A DNA stretch of 20,000 bases from an uncultured virus (IMG/VR IMGVR_UViG_3300021256_000092) (IMGVR_UViG_3300021256_000092); one strand, 5' to 3'; shown: positions 8,727 to 18,510, numbered from the stretch's first letter. Translations and numbers: made by a program. The notes: generated by a model not told the origin, from the sequence alone.

Positions 8727-11700
8727 ATGGATTTTGGTTTAGGACTAATTTTATCATTCACAGACAATGCTACTGCGGGAATTGAGAGAGCTAGTAATTC
8801 TATTACTCAATTATCACAGATAGCACAAAGAAGTGCAGATTCATTAGGAAGTTTAGGTCAATCAGCTTCTTTAGATATTCTTGCACGAATGTCAGATAGA
8901 GTCGGGAACGCATTCACTACAATGGGTGCTAAGGTCCTCGGCTCTATTTCTGGTATTATAAATAGTGTTAATTCTGTTGGTAGTGAAGTATTTTTTGCGC
9001 AAAATGCTTTTACTACACTCTTTGGAAGTTCTGAAAAAGCGTCCGAAGAAATGAAGAAAATCAAAGATTATGCGGCTGAAAGCGCAATTAACTATAGAGA
9101 CTTACTTTCTATGGTAAGACTACTTAAAACTAGAGGTATTGATGCCTTTCAACAGATAGCGACAAAAACCTATGAAGCATCACAAGGAGCAGAAGGGTAT
9201 AGTCAAACTCTTATGGCTTATGCCTCAGATTTAGCTTCTTTTAATCCTCAGATGAAGAATGTCTACGGAGAGGGTGTTCAAGCCGCAATGGGAGCTATTA
9301 GTGAGTATGTAGCAGAAGGTAATAAGAGACTTTTGAAGACAGGAACGTCTCTTGATATTACTCAAATTTTAGGAGAAAACATTGGAGCTACTATTGAAGA
9401 AAGAAGTAAACAAGTTGCTAATCTTCTTGAACAAATGAATATGGTAGGACAAACTGAGTTGATGAAAGGTACTCCTACACAGATAATTTCTAGTATGGAA
9501 GATAAATTATTCACCTTTCTTTCTAAAGTCGCTCAAGAAAGTGGTGTATATGAAAAATATACAGGAATATTATCTCAAGTAGCCGAATTAGTAACTGATA
9601 TAACTGATGCCGATATGAACGCATTTGCTAAGAGCTTTGGGGAAGGAATTAATGCTGTCCTCAATCCTTTAGGAAAGTTAGTATCTACCCTTGTAAAAAC
9701 AACTAAGAATTTAATGGATATTCTGAAATTGCATCCTAAGTTAATGAAGTTTGTAACTATGGGTGGCACACTAACAGGAGTATTTCTTGTTGTTTCGGGT
9801 GTAATATTTAAAGCTGTTGGAGCTTTTTCCACTTTTGCCAATGCTATTTCTACATTTGCGGGAAGTTCTATAATGACAGCTTTTACAACAGGATTTTCTT
9901 CCCTCGTGAGTACTCTTGCACCTTTAGCACTGCTTTTTGGCTCTCTTGCAGTAGCATGGGGAACAGATTTTGCGGGAATAAGAACTGATGTAACAGGTTT
10001 TGTGGCCAATATAATAGAATCCTTTAATAATGCTAGGGATATAGTAAGTCTTGATGCTGACAGTATGATGCAGAGAATTAATCTGCTGAGAAATTCGGGA
10101 GATTTTTGGAGCAATATTACAATAGGATTCTCTGAATTACTTGTAGTAGGACAAGCCCTCAGTGAACTGTTTGCATCCGAAGATGGATTTACTCTTAGTG
10201 CAGAAACTTTTCAGAAGTTGGATGAACTCGGATTACTTCCTCTGATTGAAAGATTTCTTGACGTTAAAGCAAGATTCCTCGAATTTAAAGATGGATTTAT
10301 AAGAGGTTTTAATGAGATGAGTGAAACTGTAGGTGGATTCTTTGATTCACTTACAGAGAAAGCAGACGGAACTATCTTTGAGAGTTTATTAAGTTCTCTG
10401 AATGATTTTCTTACTAAGCTTAGTGGAGCAGACTTAGGAGCATGGAATGATTTTGGAGCTACAATAGGAAATGTTGCAGGAGCACTTCTTATGTTAGCAC
10501 CCGCGATTGCACTTATTAAGTCAATTTTCCCCGCCATTGTAACAGGAGTTAGATTAGCAATAGGAGCATTTAACCTTTTTGAAGGAGCTTTTGAGTTATT
10601 CTTAGATATACTATTTGGTTCTGAACGAGTAGAGAGAGTTGCTTATAGCATAGGACAACTTCTTGGAAATGCATTAAAAAATATAGGGCTTGTACTACAA
10701 AACTCACTTCAAGAGGTATGGCAATCAGTACTTGGGTTCTTTAGTGGTCTTTCAGCACCCGTTATTGCTGTGATTGCAGTAGTTCTTGCTAGTATCTTTG
10801 CTTATGCATTTACCTGTTGGGATGATTTCCGCGCACAAATTGACAGCTTAGTGGGTAATTTCACAGAGGGACTAAACGCTATAATTGAGAGTGTAGCGCC
10901 CGCTTTTCAGCAGATATGGGATGCCTTAAGTGGAGTGGGAGCACCAATAATAGAATCAGCAATAGGTCTGTGGAATACATTAAAAGAGAGCATAAGTGCC
11001 ATAATAGATACAATAGTGAATAGTACAGCCTTTCAGATGGTTGTCCTTTATCTTTCCGCAATAGGTGAAGTGATTATGGGTATAGCTGTTCCACAGCTTA
11101 ACACTCTTTGGAATATGTTTGTTTCCGCTTTCACTGCAATGATGGATATATCCGCGACCGTTGTTTCTTCAATAATCAATGTCATAGGCTCATTTGTCAC
11201 AACGATAATGGATATTGTTTCGGGAATTTTAAACATCATTACAGGTCTGATAACAGGTGATGGAGACCTCATATTACAAGGAATAACCACAATACTGAAC
11301 TCTATAGGAAGTTTTATCACCACATTTATTTCTTCGGGATTAAATATTGTAAATTCACTAATTAAAGGTGGAGTGAGTTTTATAGTCACAACATTTACTG
11401 GAATAGTAAGTAATATAACAGGAGCATTAAATACTATTCTCAGCACATTTAGCAGAGTATTGGGAACTATATACTCTACTGTTTCCGAAAAGTTCAATCT
11501 TGTAGGAACAACTATAGGTGGAATAATGGATACTGCCGTGTCTGCCGTACAGTCAGCTATCGAGAAGATAAAGTCTTTCTTCTCGGGTGAGTTCCCTATT
11601 CCTAAGATTAAACTCCCGCACTTTAAGATTTCGGGTAAGTTGAGTCTCGACCCGCCACAGATACCATCAATAAGTGTTGATTGGTATGCTCAAGGTGGTG

Positions 11701-12098
11701 TTTTCAATAGACCTAGAATCATTGGTGTAGGTGAGAATGGTGCCGAAGCAGTAATGCCATTAGAGAATAATCTCGGATGGATAGACACTCTTGCAAATGA
11801 AATAGGAAATAGAATGAGAGTAGTTCCGACAGCTAATAACTACTACTCAGAACAGCCCTTAGTAAGTGGAAGCACTTATAACAATTATTCTTCAACCACA
11901 ACAGCGCCCGCAAATAATATAGATAACAGCGTAGTATTTAATAGTGGCGCAATCGTAGTAAATGTTGCTAATGCAAGCATGGAGGAAGCTGAAAGATTTG
12001 CGCAGATAGTTATGGAGAAGATACAGAGAAAGACACAGGTAGACCGAGTAATGAACTACAAGAGTTTGAATGCGCCGGATAACGAGTTCATTTTCTAA
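8727..12098 (+). CDS. Tape measure protein
   Basis: 1123 aa; GGAGG upstream; helical, hydrophobic segments, W/F-spaced repeats; C-terminal YAQGG...VGENGAEAVMPL motif. Confidence 0.92.
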   Translation: MDFGLGLILSFTDNATAGIERASNSITQLSQIAQRSADSLGSLGQSASLDILARMSDRVGNAFTTMGAKVLGSISGIINSVNSVGSEVFFAQNAFTTLFGSSEKASEEMKKIKDYAAESAINYRDLLSMVRLLKTRGIDAFQQIATKTYEASQGAEGYSQTLMAYASDLASFNPQMKNVYGEGVQAAMGAISEYVAEGNKRLLKTGTSLDITQILGENIGATIEERSKQVANLLEQMNMVGQTELMKGTPTQIISSMEDKLFTFLSKVAQESGVYEKYTGILSQVAELVTDITDADMNAFAKSFGEGINAVLNPLGKLVSTLVKTTKNLMDILKLHPKLMKFVTMGGTLTGVFLVVSGVIFKAVGAFSTFANAISTFAGSSIMTAFTTGFSSLVSTLAPLALLFGSLAVAWGTDFAGIRTDVTGFVANIIESFNNARDIVSLDADSMMQRINLLRNSGDFWSNITIGFSELLVVGQALSELFASEDGFTLSAETFQKLDELGLLPLIERFLDVKARFLEFKDGFIRGFNEMSETVGGFFDSLTEKADGTIFESLLSSLNDFLTKLSGADLGAWNDFGATIGNVAGALLMLAPAIALIKSIFPAIVTGVRLAIGAFNLFEGAFELFLDILFGSERVERVAYSIGQLLGNALKNIGLVLQNSLQEVWQSVLGFFSGLSAPVIAVIAVVLASIFAYAFTCWDDFRAQIDSLVGNFTEGLNAIIESVAPAFQQIWDALSGVGAPIIESAIGLWNTLKESISAIIDTIVNSTAFQMVVLYLSAIGEVIMGIAVPQLNTLWNMFVSAFTAMMDISATVVSSIINVIGSFVTTIMDIVSGILNIITGLITGDGDLILQGITTILNSIGSFITTFISSGLNIVNSLIKGGVSFIVTTFTGIVSNITGALNTILSTFSRVLGTIYSTVSEKFNLVGTTIGGIMDTAVSAVQSAIEKIKSFFSGEFPIPKIKLPHFKISGKLSLDPPQIPSISVDWYAQGGVFNRPRIIGVGENGAEAVMPLENNLGWIDTLANEIGNRMRVVPTANNYYSEQPLVSGSTYNNYSSTTTAPANNIDNSVVFNSGAIVVNVANASMEEAERFAQIVMEKIQRKTQVDRVMNYKSLNAPDNEFIF

Positions 12099-12108
12099 GG
12101 AGTGAATT

Positions 12109-12528
12109 ATGTCAAAGAAAGCCTATATAATCAATAACTCATCGGGAAGTCGATTAAGATTTCAATACAATCCTACCAAGATACCATATTCAAGGAGTGT
12201 AAACTTCTCGGAGATAAAATCTCCGGGAATGAGTTACCCCTTAACTCAGTATGTAAATGGTGAAGCAAGAGAATTTACTTTTGAACTGTTTATGTATGAT
12301 GACCCATGCACGGGAAAGATAGACAGAGCGAGAAAATTTTTGGAGAGACTGATGCCACCCGAAAAGAACAGAAGCGGATTCAAGAAACCACCTACATTTA
12401 CTATTGCATATGGATATTTTGTAAAATCCTGTGTATTAAAGAAGCTTGAAGTGGACGATGACAGACTTGATTCATATGGAAGACCTGTTGTTACCACATT
12501 TAAGATAACAGCGAGACAAGTGGGGTGA
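12109..12528 (+). CDS. Tail tube initiator (contractile injection system tube-like protein)
   Basis: FQYNP, PG...QYVNG, KKPP motifs; directly follows the tape measure. Confidence 0.75.
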   Translation: MSKKAYIINNSSGSRLRFQYNPTKIPYSRSVNFSEIKSPGMSYPLTQYVNGEAREFTFELFMYDDPCTGKIDRARKFLERLMPPEKNRSGFKKPPTFTIAYGYFVKSCVLKKLEVDDDRLDSYGRPVVTTFKITARQVG

Positions 12529-12532
12529 TGGT

Positions 12533-12829
12533 ATGGTATATGAAAATTCAAGATATTTACATACTTCTATTGCTTCAAGAGACAGTAGTGGGGTTTACTT
12601 TTTCAGAGTTAGAGAAAGATTTAATTTCCCCGCGAGAAATATGACTTTTCATGAGTGGAAAGAGGGAGATTCCCTGTATACTTTAGCAGTGAAATACTAT
12701 GATATAGCATCATTGAGATGGGCTATATTAGATGCTAACCCACAGTACAGGACAGAGTTTGAAATAAAAGCGGGAGATAGTATTGCTATCCCTAGTTTAA
12801 CTGACGTATTAAATGTTGTAAGTGTTTAA
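12533..12829 (+). CDS. LysM-like / P2 gpX-like baseplate protein
   Basis: EGDSLYTLAVKYY...WAILDANP...GDSIAIP. Confidence 0.8.
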   Translation: MVYENSRYLHTSIASRDSSGVYFFRVRERFNFPARNMTFHEWKEGDSLYTLAVKYYDIASLRWAILDANPQYRTEFEIKAGDSIAIPSLTDVLNVVSV

Positions 12830-12838
12830 GGGTGAGTT

Positions 12839-13717
12839 ATGAGCAGGAATGGAGAAGTTTTAGCCATATCATTCAATATATGGATAAATGGGTTTCCTCT
12901 GACAGAGGACAGAAGAAAATGTATAAAAGACATTTCCATAAAAGAAACTGTGGATGGCGCTAATACAGCCACCATAAAAATTTCTGACCCGAAGTTTTTA
13001 TTCATTGAGGATAATGTCTTCTGCAAAGAAAATAAAATCAAGATTACATTAGGATGGTCAGGAGTAAGCTACAGAGAGACTTTTGAGGGTTACATATCTT
13101 TGATGGATATAGACTTCCCGAATGATGGTGTTCCTGTTCTTACTATTCATTGTATGGATAACACACATTTAATGAACCGTGAGAAGAAGAGTAGGACTTT
13201 TAATAATATGACTCATCCACAGGTGGTACAACAGATAGTACAAGAGTATGGATATGTCTGTGTACCCGAACCCGACCCGAGTTATAAATTTGAGCCGGAG
13301 GAAACAATTACACAATCAAATGAAACAGACATAGCCTTTATACAGAAACTTGCGGGGAGTGAAGTATATCCTTTTTCAGCACGTTTGTTGGGAAATCTGT
13401 TCTTCTATGTGAAGAAAGGACATTTAGCCCCTACACCCTCATTAACACTAAGTTACAACAGGTATCCCAATGAGATTATCTCTTTTAGCCCGAAAATAAA
13501 TCAAGAAACTATCAAACAGAAAGTTTCTAATTCTAAGGTTGATTCAGAGAAACAGCTTACTACAGGTGAGATAACAAATGCTAACACAACAGCTAGTAAG
13601 GTGGGAAGTAACACAGGAAATACAGGTGGCGGTGGAAATGGTACTCAATCTGCGGGTAGCAGTTCTAAGGCAACTAAGACTTATGACCCTAAAACAGGAA
13701 AGTGGAGTGATTCATAA
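12839..13717 (+). CDS. Baseplate hub (P2 gpD / late control D-like), N-terminal part
   Basis: ATIKISDP, IKITLGW, FEGYI, TQSNETDIAFIQKLA motifs; S/T/G-rich tail. Confidence 0.8.
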   Translation: MSRNGEVLAISFNIWINGFPLTEDRRKCIKDISIKETVDGANTATIKISDPKFLFIEDNVFCKENKIKITLGWSGVSYRETFEGYISLMDIDFPNDGVPVLTIHCMDNTHLMNREKKSRTFNNMTHPQVVQQIVQEYGYVCVPEPDPSYKFEPEETITQSNETDIAFIQKLAGSEVYPFSARLLGNLFFYVKKGHLAPTPSLTLSYNRYPNEIISFSPKINQETIKQKVSNSKVDSEKQLTTGEITNANTTASKVGSNTGNTGGGGNGTQSAGSSSKATKTYDPKTGKWSDS

Positions 13718-13785
13718 TGGCAGACAGAGGCGGTTCAAGTAGAAGCAGTTCAATGACATATAACCCTAAAACGGGTAAGTGGAGT
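13679..13785 (+). repeat. 30-bp imperfect direct repeat (13679-13708, 13756-13785) encoding TY[DN]PKTGKWS
   Basis: acttatgaccctaaaacaggaaagtggagt vs acatataaccctaaaacgggtaagtggagt, 26/30 identical. Confidence 0.9.
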
Positions 13786-14412
13786 TCTAATCCGAACACT
13801 TCTAGTTCAAATACTTCTAGTGGTTCTCCTGTCTCTAATACAGGGCAGAAAACAAGTGCTAATACTGCAACTCCACAAGCCACAACTGCAACGGATAATC
13901 TTGTAGCTTCTACTGATAAAGTAGATTCAGCACAAGGAAGTACTGAGAAAGAAAACAATGAGATTGAATATAATATCTTGTCGGGAACTCTAAACTTCAT
14001 AGCAAATAAAAAGACCATAAAAATCAAGGCGGGTGCTACAATAGAACTAAGAGGTCTCGGGAGCACTCTTTCGGGATTATACTATGTTCAAGATGTAACG
14101 AGAAATATAGGAAGTTCGGGATACTCCCATAGTGCTACTGTTATAAAGACAGACTTTGGAAATTCCCTTAAAGCACCTGCTGTTCAGCAAGCACAGCAAG
14201 AACCTACAGGACAAGCACCAACAGGACAAGCCCCTGTAGAGCAGAAAGTAGAGCAGAAGACCCATGTATTACAACAAGGAGAATGTCTTTGGAGTGTTGC
14301 TAAGAAAGTGTATGGAAATGGTGCTGACTATGTAAAAATTGCGCAAGCAAATGGAATAAGCCCATCTCAATATACAAGTTTACCTAATGGATTGAACCTA
14401 ATAATACCATAA
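13717..14412 (+). CDS. Baseplate hub C-terminal-like domain plus LysM domain
   Basis: IKAGATIELRGLG..LSGLYYVQDVTR..GY resembles the gpD C-terminal strands; C-terminal HVLQQGECLWSVAKKVYG...IAQAN...LIIP is LysM; TAATG coupling to previous gene. Confidence 0.75.
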   Translation: MADRGGSSRSSSMTYNPKTGKWSSNPNTSSSNTSSGSPVSNTGQKTSANTATPQATTATDNLVASTDKVDSAQGSTEKENNEIEYNILSGTLNFIANKKTIKIKAGATIELRGLGSTLSGLYYVQDVTRNIGSSGYSHSATVIKTDFGNSLKAPAVQQAQQEPTGQAPTGQAPVEQKVEQKTHVLQQGECLWSVAKKVYGNGADYVKIAQANGISPSQYTSLPNGLNLIIP

Positions 14413-14426
14413 AGGAGCATGAATCA

Positions 14427-14825
14427 ATGAATAAATATATTGGTCTGTATCGTGGAATTGTTTGTGATGTAAATGACCCCGAAAAGAGAGGGAGAGTGAA
14501 ATGTTTAATACCTGACGTTTTAGGGGCAAACGTAGCAAGTGCTTGGTGTGAGCCATGTGCTAATTTTGCATTTAATGGCGGTGGATTCATTTCTGTACCA
14601 ATGATGGGAGATACCATTTGGATTCAGTTTGAAAAAGGAGAACCCAATAAGCCTGTATGGATGGGAAATTGGTGGAGCAAGTATATGACCCCTTTAGGAG
14701 TAGGGTACAACTTAGGTTCTTCTGTATTTAGCTATGGTGGTTCAGTAATTACTTTTAGTGGCGGAACAATTAATGTTGTGGGAAACATAAAAGCTACAGG
14801 TTCAGTACATGGTTCTAATATTTAA
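14427..14825 (+). CDS. Baseplate central spike (gpV / gp5 OB-fold)
   Basis: YRGIVCDVNDPEKRGRVK...P.MGDTIWIQFEKGEPNKPVWMG motif. Confidence 0.88.
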   Translation: MNKYIGLYRGIVCDVNDPEKRGRVKCLIPDVLGANVASAWCEPCANFAFNGGGFISVPMMGDTIWIQFEKGEPNKPVWMGNWWSKYMTPLGVGYNLGSSVFSYGGSVITFSGGTINVVGNIKATGSVHGSNI

Positions 14826-14836
14826 AGGAGAACATT

Positions 14837-15265
14837 ATGACTAAAAGCGGTTATACAGGAATAAGCTTTCCTTTTAGAGTCGGAAGCAGAGGTGGTTGTG
14901 TAATGTCTACCACAAGTGAGACAGACCCCACACATATAATAGAGAGTATAAAACAGATTTTCGGAACAAATTATCTTGAAAGAGTAATGGAACCCGAAGT
15001 TTATTCGGAGCTAGATAACCTACTTTTTGAGCCAAATGATGAAACACTACAAGCTATCATTCAGAGAAATATCGAGGATGCAATAGAGAGACTCGAGGAA
15101 CGTGTAGAAATTGCTAGTGATGGAATGGTATTCAAGAGTGTTCAAAGAGATGATGGTATCTGCTATCTGTTTGTAGATATAACCTTTACAATTATTAAGT
15201 ACGAAACACAGTTCACACAAAGATTTAATCTCGGGGAGGTTTCCAACTATGAGGACAGCGACTAA
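14837..15265 (+). CDS. Baseplate wedge gp25 / GPW-like protein
   Basis: GISFPF, IIESIKQIFGT..ERVM.P, LLFEPND, IERLEERV. Confidence 0.88.
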   Translation: MTKSGYTGISFPFRVGSRGGCVMSTTSETDPTHIIESIKQIFGTNYLERVMEPEVYSELDNLLFEPNDETLQAIIQRNIEDAIERLEERVEIASDGMVFKSVQRDDGICYLFVDITFTIIKYETQFTQRFNLGEVSNYEDSD

Positions 15266-16715
15266 AGGAATAGATTACACAGATAGAGATTATGAGGCAT
15301 TTAGAGCACTTATGATTAATAAGTTACAGGAGAAAATGCCCGAATATACAGATACTTCTGAAACTGATGCAGGTATTGTAATACTTGAGTGTTTAGCAAA
15401 TGGACTCGATATTCTGAGTATGTACAATGATATTGTGGCTAATGATATGCTTCTTCCCACTACACAGGACAGAAGAATAGCCACCATACTTGCTAAACAG
15501 TTAGGTTATACCCCTAGAAATCAAACAGCTTCTATAGTTCCGCAGATTTTTGTCCTTAATTCTGCAAGGGATGTTGACACTGTTATACCAAAGGGAACAG
15601 TAGTACATACTAAAGAATCCTTGGACTCCGTTGCCGTTTATTTTGAGACTATGGAAGACCTTGTTATTCCCGCGGGAAATTTGGGGAATGAGAAAGACCT
15701 AAGTGATAATTACATCTATCAAGTACCATGTGCACAGGGAACTACCATAACAGAAGACCTTTTAGGCTCTTCCAATGGTGAGCCTTTTCAGTCTTTTGTT
15801 CTGTCATATAAGAATGCCATTCCCGAGTCAGTAGAAATAAGAGTAAATAACGGAAGTAACTATGAGACATGGAATCATGTAGATGATTTCATGGATAGTA
15901 CTTCTTCATCAAAGGACTTCATAGTTGTTACGGATGATTTCAATAACTGCTATGTAGAGTTTGGTTCGGGTTCAAGAGGAAAGATACCCGAAGTAATAGA
16001 TAGTGGAATCCTTGCCACATACAGAATTGGCGGAGGAGTAGTAGGAAACGTACAGCCTAATACCATAACAGAATATAGTGGTGGATTAGCCTTTATTGAC
16101 AGTACTTTTAATCTTGCAGTTACCAAACTAGGAAGAGAAAGAGATACAATAGCCGAAATAAAAGAGAATGCTCCTGCGGCGTTCAGGACACAGGATAGAT
16201 GTATTACTGAAAGAGACTATTCAGACTTATTAAGAATCAATTTCTATGATTTTCTGAGTTTGGAAGCTGTCGCAGATAGTGTGGTAAAGCTGAAAATAAA
16301 TATCTATTATCAAATGAGAAGCGGATATACATTCACACAGGATTTGAGTGACGCTATTGACGCATTCTTAGCGGCACGAATTATCCCCGGCACTTCTTAC
16401 TCTATTTCGGCATATACTCCACAGCCTGTAAATATTGAAGCTAATCTCATTGTGGATGATACCTATAATAGAGCCGAGATACGGGCTTATGTTGAAGATT
16501 ACATTACCAACACATTTTTCGGAGTGGGAGAATTTAAGTTCGGAACAAAATTCCGCAGAAGTGAGTTAGAGCATGAGATAAGAGACACATTTAGTGGGGT
16601 AGAATCTTTTAGAGTAGTAACGGCTGATTCAGAAGATATAGTAGCCCCTACAAACAAATACAACATTTTAACTCTAGGAACATTGACTTTGAATGTGACA
16701 GGAGGAATAGTTTAA
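15249..16715 (+). CDS. Baseplate J / gp6-like wedge protein
   Basis: IDYTDRDY, DAGIVILE, AKQLGYTP, LLGSSNGEPFQ, FGSG..GKIP, YRIGGGVVGNV, RCITERDY. Confidence 0.9.
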   Translation: MRTATKGIDYTDRDYEAFRALMINKLQEKMPEYTDTSETDAGIVILECLANGLDILSMYNDIVANDMLLPTTQDRRIATILAKQLGYTPRNQTASIVPQIFVLNSARDVDTVIPKGTVVHTKESLDSVAVYFETMEDLVIPAGNLGNEKDLSDNYIYQVPCAQGTTITEDLLGSSNGEPFQSFVLSYKNAIPESVEIRVNNGSNYETWNHVDDFMDSTSSSKDFIVVTDDFNNCYVEFGSGSRGKIPEVIDSGILATYRIGGGVVGNVQPNTITEYSGGLAFIDSTFNLAVTKLGRERDTIAEIKENAPAAFRTQDRCITERDYSDLLRINFYDFLSLEAVADSVVKLKINIYYQMRSGYTFTQDLSDAIDAFLAARIIPGTSYSISAYTPQPVNIEANLIVDDTYNRAEIRAYVEDYITNTFFGVGEFKFGTKFRRSELEHEIRDTFSGVESFRVVTADSEDIVAPTNKYNILTLGTLTLNVTGGIV

Positions 16716-17851
16716 TGTCTATCAGATTAAATTCAGATGATTTTAGGGAGAGATTATTTAACTCCCTCCCTAATCTCTACAAGAATATAGACAAGGATAA
16801 CAAAGATGCTCTGTATAGGTATCTTTGTGCTCTTGTTGATGGCGGTTTTTCTTATATCATTCAAGAGAATAATGGTCTTTTGGATTTGAATGACCCCGAC
16901 AATACTCTTTCTGAGGTTTTACCTATTCTGTATGAGCAGTATGGGTTTGAAATGTTCAATGGTATTCCCGAGTATTATTCTAGGAAACTTCTCCCGCATC
17001 TTTGTCAGTGCTACAAAAGAAAGGGCGCAGAAGCAGTAGTAGACTATCTTGTGTCATTTGTGGCAAATACGAGTGCTTATCTTGAAAAGACCCCGACTTT
17101 TGATGAAGACTACACCATGTTCTTAAAGATAATCATGGATGATATTGATAGGGCTAAAGTTCCGGATTTTGAACAAATGAGGAAAATAATTAAGGAATTT
17201 ATCCCATTCTTTATAGGAATATCTGTCATCTACACATACATCTATGTGGATGAATTTATTTTGAATATAAATGATTCAGACAGGATGGATATAAAAGAAG
17301 ATAAAAGTGAAAGTGGAGTACTTAATAATAAATATGCTTCAAGAATAAGTTATATCCCAATTATTTTTGACCCCGAAAGGGTTCCTAATACTCTTTTAAA
17401 TGACGACTTCATCCTAAATAAAACAATGGAATTACTCAATGAAGTTGATTGGTATTCTGACATATTCATTCCCATTCCTGTTAGCGATGGATGTGAAATT
17501 CTTATTAGAGATGAAAATATTGAAAACACATTAAGAATTGGAGCTAATACAGATTTAATAAGAAAAAGGATAGAAGAATCTAATAGTGATGTATTTTATT
17601 CAGATTTATTAGATAATACTAATATTGATGTGGAAGGTGAATCTCATATTAAATTAATATCTAAAAGTACTGATGATGGTATAGAAATAGATGGAAATGT
17701 AGATAAGTCTTACTCACTTATTCTTAATACATACAATTCAACCCTAAATGAGAGTAAGGTACTCATACCGAATTCAGATATAATAAGAATCAATGGTACT
17801 GTAGTTGAAGAGATATTTGACACTAGGTATGGATATATCAAATCTTCTTAG
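16715..17851 (+). CDS. Baseplate/tail protein I-like (P2 gpI-type N-terminus) with divergent C-terminus
   Basis: LFNSLPNLY...LYRYL...DPD...YKRKG motif; follows baseplate J by TAATG coupling. Confidence 0.75.
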   Translation: MSIRLNSDDFRERLFNSLPNLYKNIDKDNKDALYRYLCALVDGGFSYIIQENNGLLDLNDPDNTLSEVLPILYEQYGFEMFNGIPEYYSRKLLPHLCQCYKRKGAEAVVDYLVSFVANTSAYLEKTPTFDEDYTMFLKIIMDDIDRAKVPDFEQMRKIIKEFIPFFIGISVIYTYIYVDEFILNINDSDRMDIKEDKSESGVLNNKYASRISYIPIIFDPERVPNTLLNDDFILNKTMELLNEVDWYSDIFIPIPVSDGCEILIRDENIENTLRIGANTDLIRKRIEESNSDVFYSDLLDNTNIDVEGESHIKLISKSTDDGIEIDGNVDKSYSLILNTYNSTLNESKVLIPNSDIIRINGTVVEEIFDTRYGYIKSS

Positions 17852-17919
17852 ATTGTTTAATATAAATAAATGTAGTAATATAATTACAGGTTTCTCATAT
17901 TCTAACAGGAGGAAAAAGC

Positions 17920-18510
17920 ATGTTTAACGAGGGTGTTAAAGCAAAAAATTCTGAGGAGAGTAAGGTCTCACTTGCTCTTGCTAATCACGTAAATCTAAAT
18001 GTCAAAATGACGGGTCATATTACTGACCGCATTTTTGATAAGGAGGGAAATCTTATTGATGTTATCGAAGGTCATAACCTTGTAGTCAATAGGTTTCTCA
18101 ATCTTGTAAACTGTCTTCTTAAAGGAGAAGCAGGTTATTCCGGTATTTCTTACTGGGCTATTGGTTCGGGTGCAGACACTTGGGACACTGTTACTCCCGA
18201 CCCTACTTTAAATGAAACGAAACTCACCAATGAGATTGGAAGAGTTAGGATTCTCCCTAGTGAGATTAAGTTCTTGAATGACTCTTTTGAGGAGTCACAG
18301 TCCCCTACGCATATTCTACAGATAAAGCATCTTTTCGGAGTAAATGATTGCAATGGAAAATGGAGAGAATTTGCCATTTTTGGCGGTGATGCAACAATTA
18401 CACTAAATTCGGGTGTAATGATAAACAAGAGACATCATGGAGTCATTACAAAGACTACTGAAATGTCTATAGAAAGAACAATGAGGTTCAATCTCAGTCT
18501 CTCAAGCTAA
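17920..18510 (+). CDS. Putative tail collar / fibre-attachment protein
   Basis: AGGAGG upstream; HNLVVN, YWAIGSG, LTNEIGR, NGKWREFAIFGG motifs. Confidence 0.65.
   Translation: MFNEGVKAKNSEESKVSLALANHVNLNVKMTGHITDRIFDKEGNLIDVIEGHNLVVNRFLNLVNCLLKGEAGYSGISYWAIGSGADTWDTVTPDPTLNETKLTNEIGRVRILPSEIKFLNDSFEESQSPTHILQIKHLFGVNDCNGKWREFAIFGGDATITLNSGVMINKRHHGVITKTTEMSIERTMRFNLSLSS

Noticed and set aside
14186..14260. Short tandem repeats PTGQA x2, VEQK x2 (also AEETP x2 near 2630-2672 and NP repeats 249-315)
   Set aside because: Ordinary low-complexity linker expansions; not CRISPR or regulatory arrays.
16743..16773. Inverted repeat ttagggag...ctccctaa
   Set aside because: Inside a coding region with a long loop and no U-tract; likely chance.
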